Shown here: piece by piece, positions 20,170-30,569 of the stretch
How the letters are laid out: each line of letters begins with the position of its first letter
Numbering within the stretch: position 1 is the stretch's first letter
Virus record (IMG/VR): IMGVR_UViG_3300013426_000013
Span: 1 to 61,579 of that record
Length of the DNA stretch: 61,579 nt
Reading direction: 5' to 3' (one strand)
Source: a virus
Lineage: Duplodnaviria > Heunggongvirae > Uroviricota > Caudoviricetes
Translations under genes and position numbers: made by a program
Notes under the pieces: model-generated
What the model saw: the letters and a program-made list of their open reading frames with translations, nothing else
The model's database searches: none
What the model was told of the DNA's origin: nothing

Positions 20170-20387
20170 GTAGTTTTATTGAGATAAAAAGTGGCCTTGT
20201 CAGAAAAAAAGATATTTCTGGTTTAACAAGGATAAACGAAAAAATCCCTTTGCACGGGGAATATTATGGAATCGAAGTGCATCTCCCAAGCACAAAAGTT
20301 TATTTGGGATTTGACTCTAAATCCGAACGAGATTCAGAGTTTAACAGAATTGCAGACGAACTTAAAAGAGAGGAGGGCGAATTATGA
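20166..20387 (+). CDS. Hypothetical protein
   Basis: AGGAG RBS; coupled to neighbours. Confidence 0.7.
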   Translation: MSSFIEIKSGLVRKKDISGLTRINEKIPLHGEYYGIEVHLPSTKVYLGFDSKSERDSEFNRIADELKREEGEL

Positions 20388-20620
20388 AACCAGAAGCAAA
20401 ATTATTCTTGCGGGCAAGAAATCCGAAAATGAAATTAAACAAATGGTGGAAAAAGCTTCTGAAAGAATGTCCCTTTATGGGGTATGAACATGGAAGCATG
20501 AAATACCTTTCCATAATGGGAAAAGACACGGGGGTCAAAATAAATTCCCCAAGGTTAATTAAAAAGAACCTTATCAAACGAAATATAGTAGGCGAAAATG
20601 GACAGCCCTATAATCATTGA
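20384..20620 (+). CDS. Basic hypothetical protein
   Basis: GGAGG RBS; ATGA overlap. Confidence 0.7.
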   Translation: MKPEAKLFLRARNPKMKLNKWWKKLLKECPFMGYEHGSMKYLSIMGKDTGVKINSPRLIKKNLIKRNIVGENGQPYNH

Positions 20621-20846
20621 CGTTGAATGGGAAGAAATATCCCGTTCAACGGAAGTTGTTATTGAACCTAAAAGAATGGTTCAGAAACAAAAGAGGAACA
20701 AAGTGGATAAAGTGATATCCACTTTGTTTTATTCAGAAATCGCTTTCATCGTCTTGCGGTTCATGTATGGGTGTTACACAAATTACGTGTTCTGGTCGGC
20801 ACATGATGGCATCACCTTACACAAGGTGATTTTTGGAATGCCTTAA
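20598..20846 (+). CDS. Hypothetical membrane protein
   Basis: C-terminal hydrophobic stretch. Confidence 0.6.
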   Translation: MDSPIIIDVEWEEISRSTEVVIEPKRMVQKQKRNKVDKVISTLFYSEIAFIVLRFMYGCYTNYVFWSAHDGITLHKVIFGMP

Positions 20847-20858
20847 AGGAGAACGACA

Positions 20859-21080
20859 ATGAAGAGAATGAAAAGAGAGTTTTGCAGAGCTTCGAAAATC
20901 GACGCTGTCAATGATGTGTTGAAAGGGCGCTACGCCATTTACAAAACACGTCAAGGGTTGGAAATTGTCTTTCACGACAGTTACCGACCTGATATTTTGA
21001 CTGACATCGAACGTCAGATTGAAAAGAACCCACGCGGAACGTGGTATTGCGAAAAAAATGCCTTTCTCAAAGGGCATTAA
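20859..21080 (+). CDS. Hypothetical protein
   Basis: AAGGAG RBS. Confidence 0.7.
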   Translation: MKRMKREFCRASKIDAVNDVLKGRYAIYKTRQGLEIVFHDSYRPDILTDIERQIEKNPRGTWYCEKNAFLKGH

Positions 21081-21093
21081 GTGACATTATCAA

Positions 21094-21119
21094 GAAGACA
21101 TCTGAAATATGATGTCTTC
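21094..21119 (+). promoter_or_regulatory. Hairpin with TGAAANAT loop (copy 1)
   Basis: GAAGACATC-TGAAATAT-GATGTCTTC. Confidence 0.65.
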
Positions 21120-21498
21120 CTATAATTTCACTTGACAAGAAAGGAGTAAGACAATGAAAAAACAATTTCATAGATTACTTTTGACAAAACGTCAAATGGA
21201 ACATCAAGCTAAAGCATATGCTGAACAGTTTGGTGAAGATTATCAGGAAGCCTTCGATGAGATGATGGAAGCTTGTCGAAAGTATAACAAGTTTATTCTA
21301 GAAGGGAGTAAATATAATGAATGAAGAAAGAATTTGGAGTCGTCTGAAACCGATTTCATATGTTGTCATGTTAATCGGTTTTGCCCCGGCTATGACGACA
21401 GCTTTTGGTGACACGTATTTGACTTTTGTTGATTACGTGTCGGCGTTCAGTGGGTTCTTCGGGGCTTGCTTTATTAACGAATTGTAAAGGAGTTCATC

Positions 21499-22023
21499 AT
21501 GTCTGAATTGGAACAGTACAAAAATAAAAACGGTGACCTGACTGTAAAAGGGTCGTTGTTTCAAGCCAAAACAGATCTTCAAGAAGTCAGAAAAGACTTG
21601 TTGTTATGTCGAGGTATAGGCGACATAGCGACCATATTTAAGGAACGTTTTACAGAAGCGAAGAAGCTTTTGTCAGAAATCGAAGAAGAGGTTGAGTTGT
21701 CATTACGTATAATAGAGTGGCAACAAAACCTCGAAAGCGAGCACTTTGTCCATATTGTAACGAGCCTTGGTGGTAACAGTGTGTCCGCTCGCGACAAATT
21801 GTTGCAAGACGAAGTGCTTAAACATTGCGAAAATATGAAAGGAAATGCATCAAAAATAGTGTGTTTCTTTAAAGATTTAGCAGCACATTCTGATATGGTG
21901 AGTGTGAAGTTGCAAGCAGAAGCCCTTGCGCTTATCATTGAAAGACAGTTGAAATATTTGGACACTGTCCGCAATGATAAAGAATTCGCACAAGAAGCTG
22001 TCGTGGAAATTGAATTCTGTTAA
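21499..22023 (+). CDS. Hypothetical helical protein
   Basis: AAGGAG RBS, 174 aa. Confidence 0.75.
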   Translation: MSELEQYKNKNGDLTVKGSLFQAKTDLQEVRKDLLLCRGIGDIATIFKERFTEAKKLLSEIEEEVELSLRIIEWQQNLESEHFVHIVTSLGGNSVSARDKLLQDEVLKHCENMKGNASKIVCFFKDLAAHSDMVSVKLQAEALALIIERQLKYLDTVRNDKEFAQEAVVEIEFC

Positions 22024-22201
22024 CAAAGGAGAACAAACATGGAACCTAAACATGTTTCGAAAGGTATGAATACCTATTTGGCGGAAATGTTCAACAAGTG
22101 GGAAAGTGAAAACACACCTGCGTGGCAAAACAAAGACATTCGGAAAAGCATTCAGGAATGGCGCGCAAAACACCCTGAACTGAATTGAAAGCGAGACAAC
22201 A

Positions 22202-22903
22202 ATGGACGAAGAGAAACAAAAGAGAGCGGTGTTTAATGCAAGCAGTATTTCTAAATACCTTAAAGCAAACGGAAAAATGCCGCTTGACATTGGGTTCAAC
22301 CGTGAAGAGGTAACCGAAAAAGACGCCGAACTGATCAAAGGTTATACGTTTGACTCGATTACCTTGAACTATACACACATTGAAAAGTTGTCAATGTTGC
22401 CGAAAGCGAAGTTTTACAAATTCAATCAAGCAATCATTGGTAAGTTTGATGACCTTGCATTGACAGACGATTACAAACGGTGTGTATGGTTTGATAATTG
22501 TCCGACGTTAATCCCAAACTTAAAGTTTCTTCACGATTGGGTCAATGTCGTGTTGATACGTGATACACCAATTTTGAAAGCTGACGGGCTGGAAGACTTG
22601 GTGTTGAAATACAACAGAGCAATCAATTATAAAAATTGGTTCGGGATTGATTGCTTAATCATTCAACCGGCAACGAAGTCTTTTATGAAATCCGCATTAG
22701 AGCATTTACCGAAAGACATCGTTGTTGATTTGGGTAATCCTGAATATCCGTTCGAAGAAAGAGAATGGGATAAGCAGTACCCATTGCATCATAGATGCGA
22801 CATTAAAGCAAGAGATTGTGCGACGTTGAAAAAGAAATTCGAAGCACAATGTGAGCAAATAGCAAATGAAAACAAAGGAGAACGACTTTTAAGGGAGATC
22901 TAA
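22202..22903 (+). CDS. Hypothetical (weakly LRR-like) protein with C-terminal motif
   Basis: IEKLSMLP/IPNLKFL/ILKADGL segments; ends NKGERLLREI*. Confidence 0.75.
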   Translation: MDEEKQKRAVFNASSISKYLKANGKMPLDIGFNREEVTEKDAELIKGYTFDSITLNYTHIEKLSMLPKAKFYKFNQAIIGKFDDLALTDDYKRCVWFDNCPTLIPNLKFLHDWVNVVLIRDTPILKADGLEDLVLKYNRAINYKNWFGIDCLIIQPATKSFMKSALEHLPKDIVVDLGNPEYPFEEREWDKQYPLHHRCDIKARDCATLKKKFEAQCEQIANENKGERLLREI

Positions 22904-23066
22904 ATGACATTTGCGCTGATTATAGTGTTGTTATACCGTTACACTACATTGTCAGGTTTTATGGCAGCAATCTTAACGGTATTGTGTATTAAATTTCCAC
23001 TGTCATTGGGTGTGTTGTTATTCTTAATGCTGTTACCCAAAGACGAACTTTTTGAGGAGAAAAAAG

Positions 23067-23438
23067 ATGAGTAAAGTTGAAACGATCTACGAAGTTGTTA
23101 CGAGCAGGGTTACGGGTGAAGAAAGGACGGTACCGACGTTTGTTCGTAAATTCAAATGTGGCTTTAAAGTCATGACGACGTATTACGAAATGTGGAAAGA
23201 AGCGATGACGGTCGTCTATTATAAAGACGTTCGTGTCAGCCGTATTCATTCCATGAAAGACGTCAATGAAGAACAGGCAAAAGCGTTCCTTGAAAATTTG
23301 CAGGATCTGGATTTGGCGGTTATCATTGCGACAGGAAATGTCAAACGCAAAAAGGAAGGTATTCGGACTGGAAACAAAAAACGTTCTGTCAACGCCTACC
23401 TTGACAATACAATTGGTCACAAGGCGTTTGGTAAATAA
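23067..23438 (+). CDS. Hypothetical protein
   Basis: GAGGAG RBS before ATG 23067. Confidence 0.72.
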   Translation: MSKVETIYEVVTSRVTGEERTVPTFVRKFKCGFKVMTTYYEMWKEAMTVVYYKDVRVSRIHSMKDVNEEQAKAFLENLQDLDLAVIIATGNVKRKKEGIRTGNKKRSVNAYLDNTIGHKAFGK

Positions 23439-23498
23439 TTGTTGACAACAGTGTGATGGTTGTGTAGTTTTATACAACCATCACAATTGGAGGGTACA

Positions 23499-24758
23499 AT
23501 GGAAAAAGAAAAAACTGTTAAGGTTAAGTCAATTCACGCAGAGGAAGAAATTGTCGATGAATTTGACATGACCGAGATTGCGAAGAATATGGGGTGTTAT
23601 ACCCCGGCACCTAAACAACAAAAACAGTGTCTTGATGCAAATGATGTTCAAGGCATTGTTGACGGTGTTCTTGATGAAATGGACGGTGAAGACTTGACGG
23701 GTTTGACTGACGAAGAAGTCAGAAAAGAGTTCGATGAGCGCGTCGCCAAAAAACGTCAAGAAGAACAGAAGAAGCTGAACGAAGAAAACGGTCACATTAA
23801 AGCAAAAGCACCGAAAGGTGACAATCGATATTTGGCAAGTGATGATGTAGAAATCAATGCATTGCGTACTGCCAAATTGAAAGGTAAAGATCTTCATTGT
23901 TTGAAGATTGAACGTGATTGCCCTCGCAATATTGTTTTGGATACGTTGCGGGCGATGTGTCTCGAAGTAGAAGCTATTACGAAATGTAAAAAGGTTTCTG
24001 ACTTCAGCGAATTTCCGTGTTTCCTTTCTGTTAAGGATTGGAACAACGACATTCAAGAACTTTCCGATGATGAATATTGGGAAATTGACTTGAAAGAACC
24101 GTATGATTTAACGGAGGAAACGAAAGGGCAGATTGATGACGATTTGTATCCGTTAATCAATCAAGCAGTTCATTGTTTTTCATTTTATCGTAAAAAATCA
24201 AATTTCACTGAAGAAGATGGAATTTGGTTGGAAAAAAGTGAAGACGGTGAATGGCAACCGACTTTTACATATGCCGCGAGTGTAAATAAAGCTATCCGTG
24301 AAGTTATGCCTGAAAATGTTGACAAACTCTTCGGGTTTAACATAATGAATATGTTTTCCAAGAAGTCGATGGAAGCGATGAAGAAACGTGAAGCGACTTT
24401 CAATGAAGGCGAACGGAAAACTGTCGATAGCTTTATCAAAAGCTTGCAGAAACATTTAAGCAATGTAAAACCGGAAGACTTGATTAAAGATGTCAAGAAA
24501 AGTCTTTGCGATGTTCCTAAAATCATTTGGAACACTGTTGGTCTTGACATCGATGAAGACGAACGGCATCAGATGATGTTCATTGCATATATGATGAACA
24601 AATGTTCTGAAACGTTTGCAAACATGGAAATCACTAAATTGGTTAAAACCAAAAGTGGTGATAAAGATGTTGATGAAGGGTTTAAAGCATTCTTTGAAAC
24701 CTTTAACATTGGTAAAATGGTGAAGAAGGCAAACAAGAATGATCAGAATAAAATTTAA
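23499..24758 (+). CDS. Acidic hypothetical protein
   Basis: GGAGG RBS before ATG 23499; TTGACA at 23442. Confidence 0.78.
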   Translation: MEKEKTVKVKSIHAEEEIVDEFDMTEIAKNMGCYTPAPKQQKQCLDANDVQGIVDGVLDEMDGEDLTGLTDEEVRKEFDERVAKKRQEEQKKLNEENGHIKAKAPKGDNRYLASDDVEINALRTAKLKGKDLHCLKIERDCPRNIVLDTLRAMCLEVEAITKCKKVSDFSEFPCFLSVKDWNNDIQELSDDEYWEIDLKEPYDLTEETKGQIDDDLYPLINQAVHCFSFYRKKSNFTEEDGIWLEKSEDGEWQPTFTYAASVNKAIREVMPENVDKLFGFNIMNMFSKKSMEAMKKREATFNEGERKTVDSFIKSLQKHLSNVKPEDLIKDVKKSLCDVPKIIWNTVGLDIDEDERHQMMFIAYMMNKCSETFANMEITKLVKTKSGDKDVDEGFKAFFETFNIGKMVKKANKNDQNKI

Positions 24759-24918
24759 ACCTAAAAACATCATCTACCGTATCTTTGTAGACGACCCTGA
24801 TATGGCAGTCAAGGTCGCCTACACTGTTTTGGAATGTCGAAAAGATGACATTCAAGTTTTAACATTCAAAAAGAAAGGTACTGATTACGACTGACCTTTC
24901 TTTGAAAGGAAGAGTAAA

Positions 24919-25284
24919 ATGAAAGCTGAAACAAAACTTCTCAAACTCGTTGAGAAAGTCAACGAAGCAAAAGAAAACAAACGGAAAGCTGAAGATGACA
25001 TTAAGAAAGCTGAAGAAGCTATCATTCGAATTATGGGTGATGTTCCGAAGACTTCCGTTGAAAAGAATGGTGTCGCCTATACGATCACTATTGGTGACAA
25101 TGTTCGTTATGCTTTGGTTGAAGAAGGAAAACGGAAAATGATTAACGATGTTCCGTTTGAATCAAATCTTTGGAAGAAGACGCCTGATATCGGTGAATGT
25201 CTGAACAATGAAGAAATGAAAGGTTTCGTGATTCAGAAAGAATTCACACCGAAAGTGATTATCAAGTCTTCGAAAGTCAACTAG
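24919..25284 (+). CDS. Hypothetical protein with N-terminal coiled coil
   Basis: 121 aa, AAGGA RBS. Confidence 0.72.
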   Translation: MKAETKLLKLVEKVNEAKENKRKAEDDIKKAEEAIIRIMGDVPKTSVEKNGVAYTITIGDNVRYALVEEGKRKMINDVPFESNLWKKTPDIGECLNNEEMKGFVIQKEFTPKVIIKSSKVN

Positions 25285-25376
25285 AAATAAATCTGTTGAC
25301 AAACACCTGAAAACCGTATAGATATGATATCTATACGGTTTTGTTATGCAACCCAATTATTGTAGGAGTAAAAACT

Positions 25377-26684
25377 ATGGGTATGTCTTTTAAAGAATCG
25401 TTGAAAGCTATCGACACAATTCGTGCTTGCACTATTAACAATGGTGCTTCGATTGTTCCGTTGCTTTTAGGTGAAACTGGTATCGGCAAAACCGAACTGG
25501 TTCGTGAATACTGCCAAGAAAACGGTCTGACGTTGATTACAATTCATGTATCGCAGATTGAACCGTCTGACTTGACTGGTTTGTTCAAAATCAACCGTTA
25601 CGGCAAGACGGACAACTGTTCCCCTTCGTGGTTGCCGTGGTTGTCTGAAGCTGAATTCGAAGCAATCAAGAAGAGTGGTGCGATTGAGGTTGAGGAACTG
25701 AACGTCTTGAAAGACGGTGTTATCAACCCGAATGGTGGCATCGTCTTTCTTGATGAAGTCAATCGTGGTCACGAAGATATTCGACAGTCGTTGTATCAGT
25801 TGATTAACGAACGTCGTATGCATACGTTTACCTTGCCGAACAATTATACGATTGTTGCGGCAGCGAACCCGTCAAACGGTTATGAAACGTATGATTTTGA
25901 TAGAGCGTTGGTCAACCGTTTTGCATGGATTGATTTTCAACCGCAAGCGAAAGAGTCTGTCGAATACTTGTCTGATAAATATTCGACATCGCCTGTCGTT
26001 CAGTGGTTGAAACACAATGACGAAATGATCGAACTGTATGCTGTTGATAAGCACGGCAATGCAGTATCGAATGATATGGACGATCAGAAAACAATGTCGC
26101 CTCGTATCATTGAGCAAGGTATTATCTTGCTGGAAGAAATGCATCGTCGTCATTATCCGCAGAAACTGAAAAATCAGATTTTGCGTTCGATTTGGAAGAA
26201 AGATGCGGTTGAAGCGTATTTGTCTTTCGATGAAGAAGCTGAAAATGCTATTGAATTGAAAGACATCTTTACCGGAAATTGGCACACACCTGTCAAGAAG
26301 TATGTTGAACAACAGAAACTTGATTTGTTGTCGGTCATTGTTTCTCGTATGGCACGGTTCTTCGTTGACTATGAGTTTGCGACACCACGTACCAATGAAG
26401 AAACAAAAATGGTGGAAAACGTTGTCGAATTCTACCACAATGTTCCAGAAGAGTTGTGTGTGACGTTCTTGTCGTCTTGCACTAATAAATACTTTGAACT
26501 GAAAGACGGTCGCAAGTATTTTGGTAAAAATTGCAAGGACGGGAAGTTGATTGTCAACGAACATCATCTGTGCATGCAACCTGAATTTCGTGGCGGCAAA
26601 ACTGAATACGCCAAGAATGAAATTGGTTCGGTTTTGAAGAGTGCCAAGAATTTGGGTGTTCTGGCGAACGGAAGCAAAAAGTAA
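25377..26684 (+). CDS. MoxR-like AAA+ ATPase
   Basis: Walker A GETGIGKT, Walker B IVFLDEVNR, VAAANP sensor, DRALVNRF arginine finger, MSPR. Confidence 0.9.
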   Translation: MGMSFKESLKAIDTIRACTINNGASIVPLLLGETGIGKTELVREYCQENGLTLITIHVSQIEPSDLTGLFKINRYGKTDNCSPSWLPWLSEAEFEAIKKSGAIEVEELNVLKDGVINPNGGIVFLDEVNRGHEDIRQSLYQLINERRMHTFTLPNNYTIVAAANPSNGYETYDFDRALVNRFAWIDFQPQAKESVEYLSDKYSTSPVVQWLKHNDEMIELYAVDKHGNAVSNDMDDQKTMSPRIIEQGIILLEEMHRRHYPQKLKNQILRSIWKKDAVEAYLSFDEEAENAIELKDIFTGNWHTPVKKYVEQQKLDLLSVIVSRMARFFVDYEFATPRTNEETKMVENVVEFYHNVPEELCVTFLSSCTNKYFELKDGRKYFGKNCKDGKLIVNEHHLCMQPEFRGGKTEYAKNEIGSVLKSAKNLGVLANGSKK

Positions 26685-26694
26685 ATCAAGATGC

Positions 26695-26718
26695 ACGGGG
26701 GTTGAAACATACCCCCGT
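26695..26718 (+). promoter_or_regulatory. Hairpin with TGAAANAT loop (copy 2)
   Basis: ACGGGGGT-TGAAACAT-ACCCCCGT. Confidence 0.65.
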
Positions 26719-26745
26719 CATTAACTTTAATTAAAGGAGTGTACA

Positions 26746-28038
26746 ATGACAACACATACCATTGACGAATTGATTGCCGCTACATTTTCCGCAGTGGATA
26801 TGGACGGTAAAACAAATTCGTATTATGCGCTTGTTTTGAGCAAATGCAAGAAATACGCAAGTAAAGAAGTTCCGACAATGGGTGTTGCGTTTGATCAGCG
26901 TGGCAAACTGGTTTTGTTGTGGAATCCTGATTTTCTTCGAAGATTAACTGACGGTGAAGCGATTGCCGTCTTAAAACATGAAGCAATGCATATCTTCTTT
27001 AAGCATCTTGCACGGTTTCAGACGAAGAAAAATCATACGCGGGTTAACATCGCAACCGATATGGCTATCAATCAATATTTGAGAGGATTGCCGGAAGGTT
27101 GTCAATTACCTGAAACATACAAACTTCCGAGAGGTTTGTCAGCTGATGCGTATCTGAAAGCATTGGAAGAACAAAACATTGCTGATGATAAGAAGATGTC
27201 TTGTGGTGGCATGGGTCAAGGTAACGGTGATCAATCACAAAAAGGTAGTGGTAACGATCAAGGTGAAGATGGTCAAGGCGGAGATCAAGACGGAAGCAGT
27301 GCCGGAACTGACAATCACGAAACATGGGACAAAGTCGTTGATGACAATGGCAAAATCATTGGCGATACTGAAAGCGAGGGGGTTGACACACAATCAACAC
27401 TGGATAGGATTTCACGTGCAGTTGCTCAACGAATGAAAGAACAAGGTGATACACCCGCATGGGCAACGGCGGTTGTTGAAAATATGGACAAAAAATCAAC
27501 ACACAACTGGAAAAACGAATTGCGTGTGTTGGTTAATTCTGTATTATCAACAGACAAACGACGGTCACAGAAACATATTGATAGACGTTTGGCTTGCATT
27601 ACTGATGAATTTCTTTTCCCCGGTAAAAAGAAAGATAGAAAACCGTCAGTCTTGCTGGTTCGTGATACGTCAGGATCAATGTTTTGTGCGGAGACACAGG
27701 CAGCAGTTCTGACAGAAATGGTTGCAATCAGTCGTCGTGCTGAAGTTTTGGTATGCGATTGTGATACAGTCATCCATCAAGTATATAAAGTTCGTAAACC
27801 TTCGGACTTTAAAGAATACAAAGGTGGTGGCGGAACATCGTTTGTTGAACCTTTTGCAGAAGCTAAAAAGCGTAATGTCGATGCAGTTATCTACTTGACA
27901 GACTTGTACGGTGAATTTCCTGATCCGAGAAATATCGGAAAGTATGCGAGAAACACTGTATGGGTAACGGTAGAAAGGGATGCTGATAGAAGTGACCCGC
28001 CGTTTGGCAAGGTTGTTCGCATTCAAGATGAACAATAA
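26746..28038 (+). CDS. vWA-domain protein with N-terminal HEXXH metallopeptidase (DUF2201-like), MoxR partner
   Basis: VLKHEAMH, NIATDMAIN, G/D/Q-rich linker, MIDAS DTSGSM, GGGTSF, YLTDLYG. Confidence 0.88.
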   Translation: MTTHTIDELIAATFSAVDMDGKTNSYYALVLSKCKKYASKEVPTMGVAFDQRGKLVLLWNPDFLRRLTDGEAIAVLKHEAMHIFFKHLARFQTKKNHTRVNIATDMAINQYLRGLPEGCQLPETYKLPRGLSADAYLKALEEQNIADDKKMSCGGMGQGNGDQSQKGSGNDQGEDGQGGDQDGSSAGTDNHETWDKVVDDNGKIIGDTESEGVDTQSTLDRISRAVAQRMKEQGDTPAWATAVVENMDKKSTHNWKNELRVLVNSVLSTDKRRSQKHIDRRLACITDEFLFPGKKKDRKPSVLLVRDTSGSMFCAETQAAVLTEMVAISRRAEVLVCDCDTVIHQVYKVRKPSDFKEYKGGGGTSFVEPFAEAKKRNVDAVIYLTDLYGEFPDPRNIGKYARNTVWVTVERDADRSDPPFGKVVRIQDEQ

Positions 28039-28044
28039 ACAATA

Positions 28045-28078
28045 AAGGAGGGGGTGATAAATCCCTTCCTTCTTTTTT
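28045..28078 (+). terminator. Intrinsic terminator-like hairpin
   Basis: AAGGAGGGGG-TGATAAA-TCCCTTCCTT followed by a T-tract. Confidence 0.55.
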
Positions 28079-28093
28079 AAGGAGATTAAAACA

Positions 28094-28633
28094 ATGACGG
28101 AAAATGCGGAAAATGTTGAAAACGAAGTCAAACCTATTGTAGGTCATTGCTTAATCAATGGGTTTAGTTATGCATTACCTATCAATGAACATATCATTAT
28201 CGAAAGGTGCGCTCGTGACGAAAAGTACATCAATGAAAGAATGGCTGAATGTGAACCCGCCGAAAACCCCGCAAAGATAGTCGTCGGGTTAAGTCAATTC
28301 TTTAACACTGATAAACGAACGCAATTGTTTAGCATAGAGGATCCTGAAGATAACAGCAAGAAAATCTTAATCATTCGATTGAATGGTGATTTTGCTGTTT
28401 TCGTTTATCCTGATTTTGAATGTACAGTTGCAGGTAATGCTTCAATGAAATCCAAATACAATTCATTTGTATTTGATAAATACCTGAAATATGGCGCGGG
28501 GCGCAAGGGTGAAAAGTTTACAGTCACACTTAAAAAGAGTGACAGGTTTTACGGCACTATCAAAGAATACTTCACACAGTATGGGTGTTGTTTTGATATG
28601 AATGTTGGAGAGTTTCTTATGGAGATGCTTTAA
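28094..28633 (+). CDS. Hypothetical protein with C-terminal motif
   Basis: Ends NVGEFLMEML*. Confidence 0.75.
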   Translation: MTENAENVENEVKPIVGHCLINGFSYALPINEHIIIERCARDEKYINERMAECEPAENPAKIVVGLSQFFNTDKRTQLFSIEDPEDNSKKILIIRLNGDFAVFVYPDFECTVAGNASMKSKYNSFVFDKYLKYGAGRKGEKFTVTLKKSDRFYGTIKEYFTQYGCCFDMNVGEFLMEML

Positions 28634-28644
28634 CGGAGGTCGCA

Positions 28645-29334
28645 ATGTTAACAGAAGAACAAATTAAAAAGTTTGATGGCTTGCAAGCATATGTGTCGTG
28701 TGAATGCGATTATGAGCAAGCACAATTCGACTTTGAGGATTTGGTTGAGAAAGTCGACAATAATTGTTACATCCTTAAATCCTCATCTTATATATTCGAT
28801 GGTGATGATTTTTACTTGCAAGATATTGTAGATATACCCAAGCTTGCAAGAGAGTCGTATTCAACCTTGCGTGATATCTTTTTAGTTGCAACTGGTTGTG
28901 AAATGACAAAAGAGGATTACAACAGTGATTTTTCTGGTACATTTCAAGACCTTTTAAATCAGTTGCGATTCACCCAAGAATCAATCGAAGCATTGCAACC
29001 GTATTTCAAGATACCTGTGGAATGCTACGAAACGAAAGGTTGTGGTCAAGGTGATTATGCATTTGTCCTTTTGTTTGACGACGATGTAAGTGACAAAAAA
29101 CGAAATGCAGAGATGCATAAATCTATTAACCATTTGTTTTGGGACGCGCCAATCTTTTGCCGATTGGTATTTGGTGACGGCACAGATTTTGTTGCGGAAG
29201 TTGAGGACAGATATGAATACGATAAAGATACATATTGGAAAAACTTCATCGAACAACTTGCATCTGAAATACCTGATGTAGAAGCTTTCGGAGAGTATCT
29301 TTTAGATTTGATGCCTGATGAACCGTCAAGTTGA
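28645..29334 (+). CDS. Acidic phage hypothetical protein
   Basis: GGAGG RBS; TKGCGQGDYA and LFWDAPI segments. Confidence 0.75.
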   Translation: MLTEEQIKKFDGLQAYVSCECDYEQAQFDFEDLVEKVDNNCYILKSSSYIFDGDDFYLQDIVDIPKLARESYSTLRDIFLVATGCEMTKEDYNSDFSGTFQDLLNQLRFTQESIEALQPYFKIPVECYETKGCGQGDYAFVLLFDDDVSDKKRNAEMHKSINHLFWDAPIFCRLVFGDGTDFVAEVEDRYEYDKDTYWKNFIEQLASEIPDVEAFGEYLLDLMPDEPSS

Positions 29335-29346
29335 GGAGTAAAGACA

Positions 29347-29952
29347 ATGAAAGAAATCACAGTCAAAACGTTTGCTGAACTGAAAGAAGCTTTTAAAGAC
29401 GAAGAAAGAAACTTGACGATTGCCTTTAAGAACAATCGTATTACAAAGTTTCCGAAGATGAATATCGAACGTGACAAAGGTGTTGTCATATTGAAGTTAT
29501 ACACACCTAAATTAACAACATTGAAAAATGTTCCGATGCCGTCACGATTTATGAATTGGCTTGATGTTGAAGAAGCCAGTTTAACAAAACTTGAAAATGC
29601 AAGTGAGTGCAATATAACAAACCCGTGTGTATGTTATTTGCCTTGCTTAAAGTTCGATAGCATCACTGTCACAAAAGAAAACACTTGTCAATCTGGTTTT
29701 ATACGGTTGGCATTGGCGTGGCAACAGTTTATGCGAAACGATGTACAGAACATCTTTAATGTGTTCAGTACAACAATTGTTCCGAGAGCTTGTGTACCTG
29801 AAATGGTATGCAATAATGTTGATGACTTAAATTTGCCGGAAGTTTTGAGAGATGTTGTTAAATCAACGGATATGTTGACAACAGTGGAAATCAATCTGGC
29901 AAGAAAGGTTATGGAAACTGAAATCGGGAATTTGACATTTTCATCTATATGA
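29347..29952 (+). CDS. Hypothetical (weakly LRR-like) protein with C-terminal motif
   Basis: LTTLKNVP/LTKLENA; ends EIGNLTFSSI*. Confidence 0.75.
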   Translation: MKEITVKTFAELKEAFKDEERNLTIAFKNNRITKFPKMNIERDKGVVILKLYTPKLTTLKNVPMPSRFMNWLDVEEASLTKLENASECNITNPCVCYLPCLKFDSITVTKENTCQSGFIRLALAWQQFMRNDVQNIFNVFSTTIVPRACVPEMVCNNVDDLNLPEVLRDVVKSTDMLTTVEINLARKVMETEIGNLTFSSI

Positions 29953-29960
29953 GGTGAACA

Positions 29961-30566
29961 ATGAAAGAATATCGAAGCAGAGAGATCAAGATGTTTGTCG
30001 AAAGCGATTGTGAAGAATTCGACGACATTGATGTTGATTATTCACAGTACTATGAAACGGTTGATTTGCAAGATTTACCGTATGCTGAAAACAGACTGTC
30101 AGCAAGGGTAGATTCGGTCAAAGGATTAAAGGTACGGGATTCTATTGATTGTATAGATTTCATTACCAATGGCTATACAATAAAAGACCTTGACGTTTTA
30201 AATTTAGGCTTCGAGATTCCGTACCTTAATTTGACAATACACTTGTCAACAAATCTTGAAAACACAAATGAACTTTTGGAAGACTTGAAGAAGTTGGCAA
30301 AGGTTCGATGTGATAAATTTATGATTGTGTTTGTTCCGACAGATGATATGACGTGGCAACAGCAAAGAGATGCCTTGTTATATATTTTGCCGAGAGTGAC
30401 ATTGCCAATCGTTGAAGATTTGTGTCAAGTGAATACGGGTTCGAATCGTTTATCATACTTTACTGAAAAGGAAAAAGATGATGACGATAAGAAGCTTGAC
30501 AATCTTTTCAAATGGGTGGTTGATAAAAACAGAACAGTTGGAAGCGATTGCTTGTTTGAAATATGA
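29961..30566 (+). CDS. Hypothetical protein with C-terminal motif
   Basis: Ends TVGSDCLFEI*. Confidence 0.75.
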   Translation: MKEYRSREIKMFVESDCEEFDDIDVDYSQYYETVDLQDLPYAENRLSARVDSVKGLKVRDSIDCIDFITNGYTIKDLDVLNLGFEIPYLNLTIHLSTNLENTNELLEDLKKLAKVRCDKFMIVFVPTDDMTWQQQRDALLYILPRVTLPIVEDLCQVNTGSNRLSYFTEKEKDDDDKKLDNLFKWVVDKNRTVGSDCLFEI

Positions 30567-30569
30567 AAG

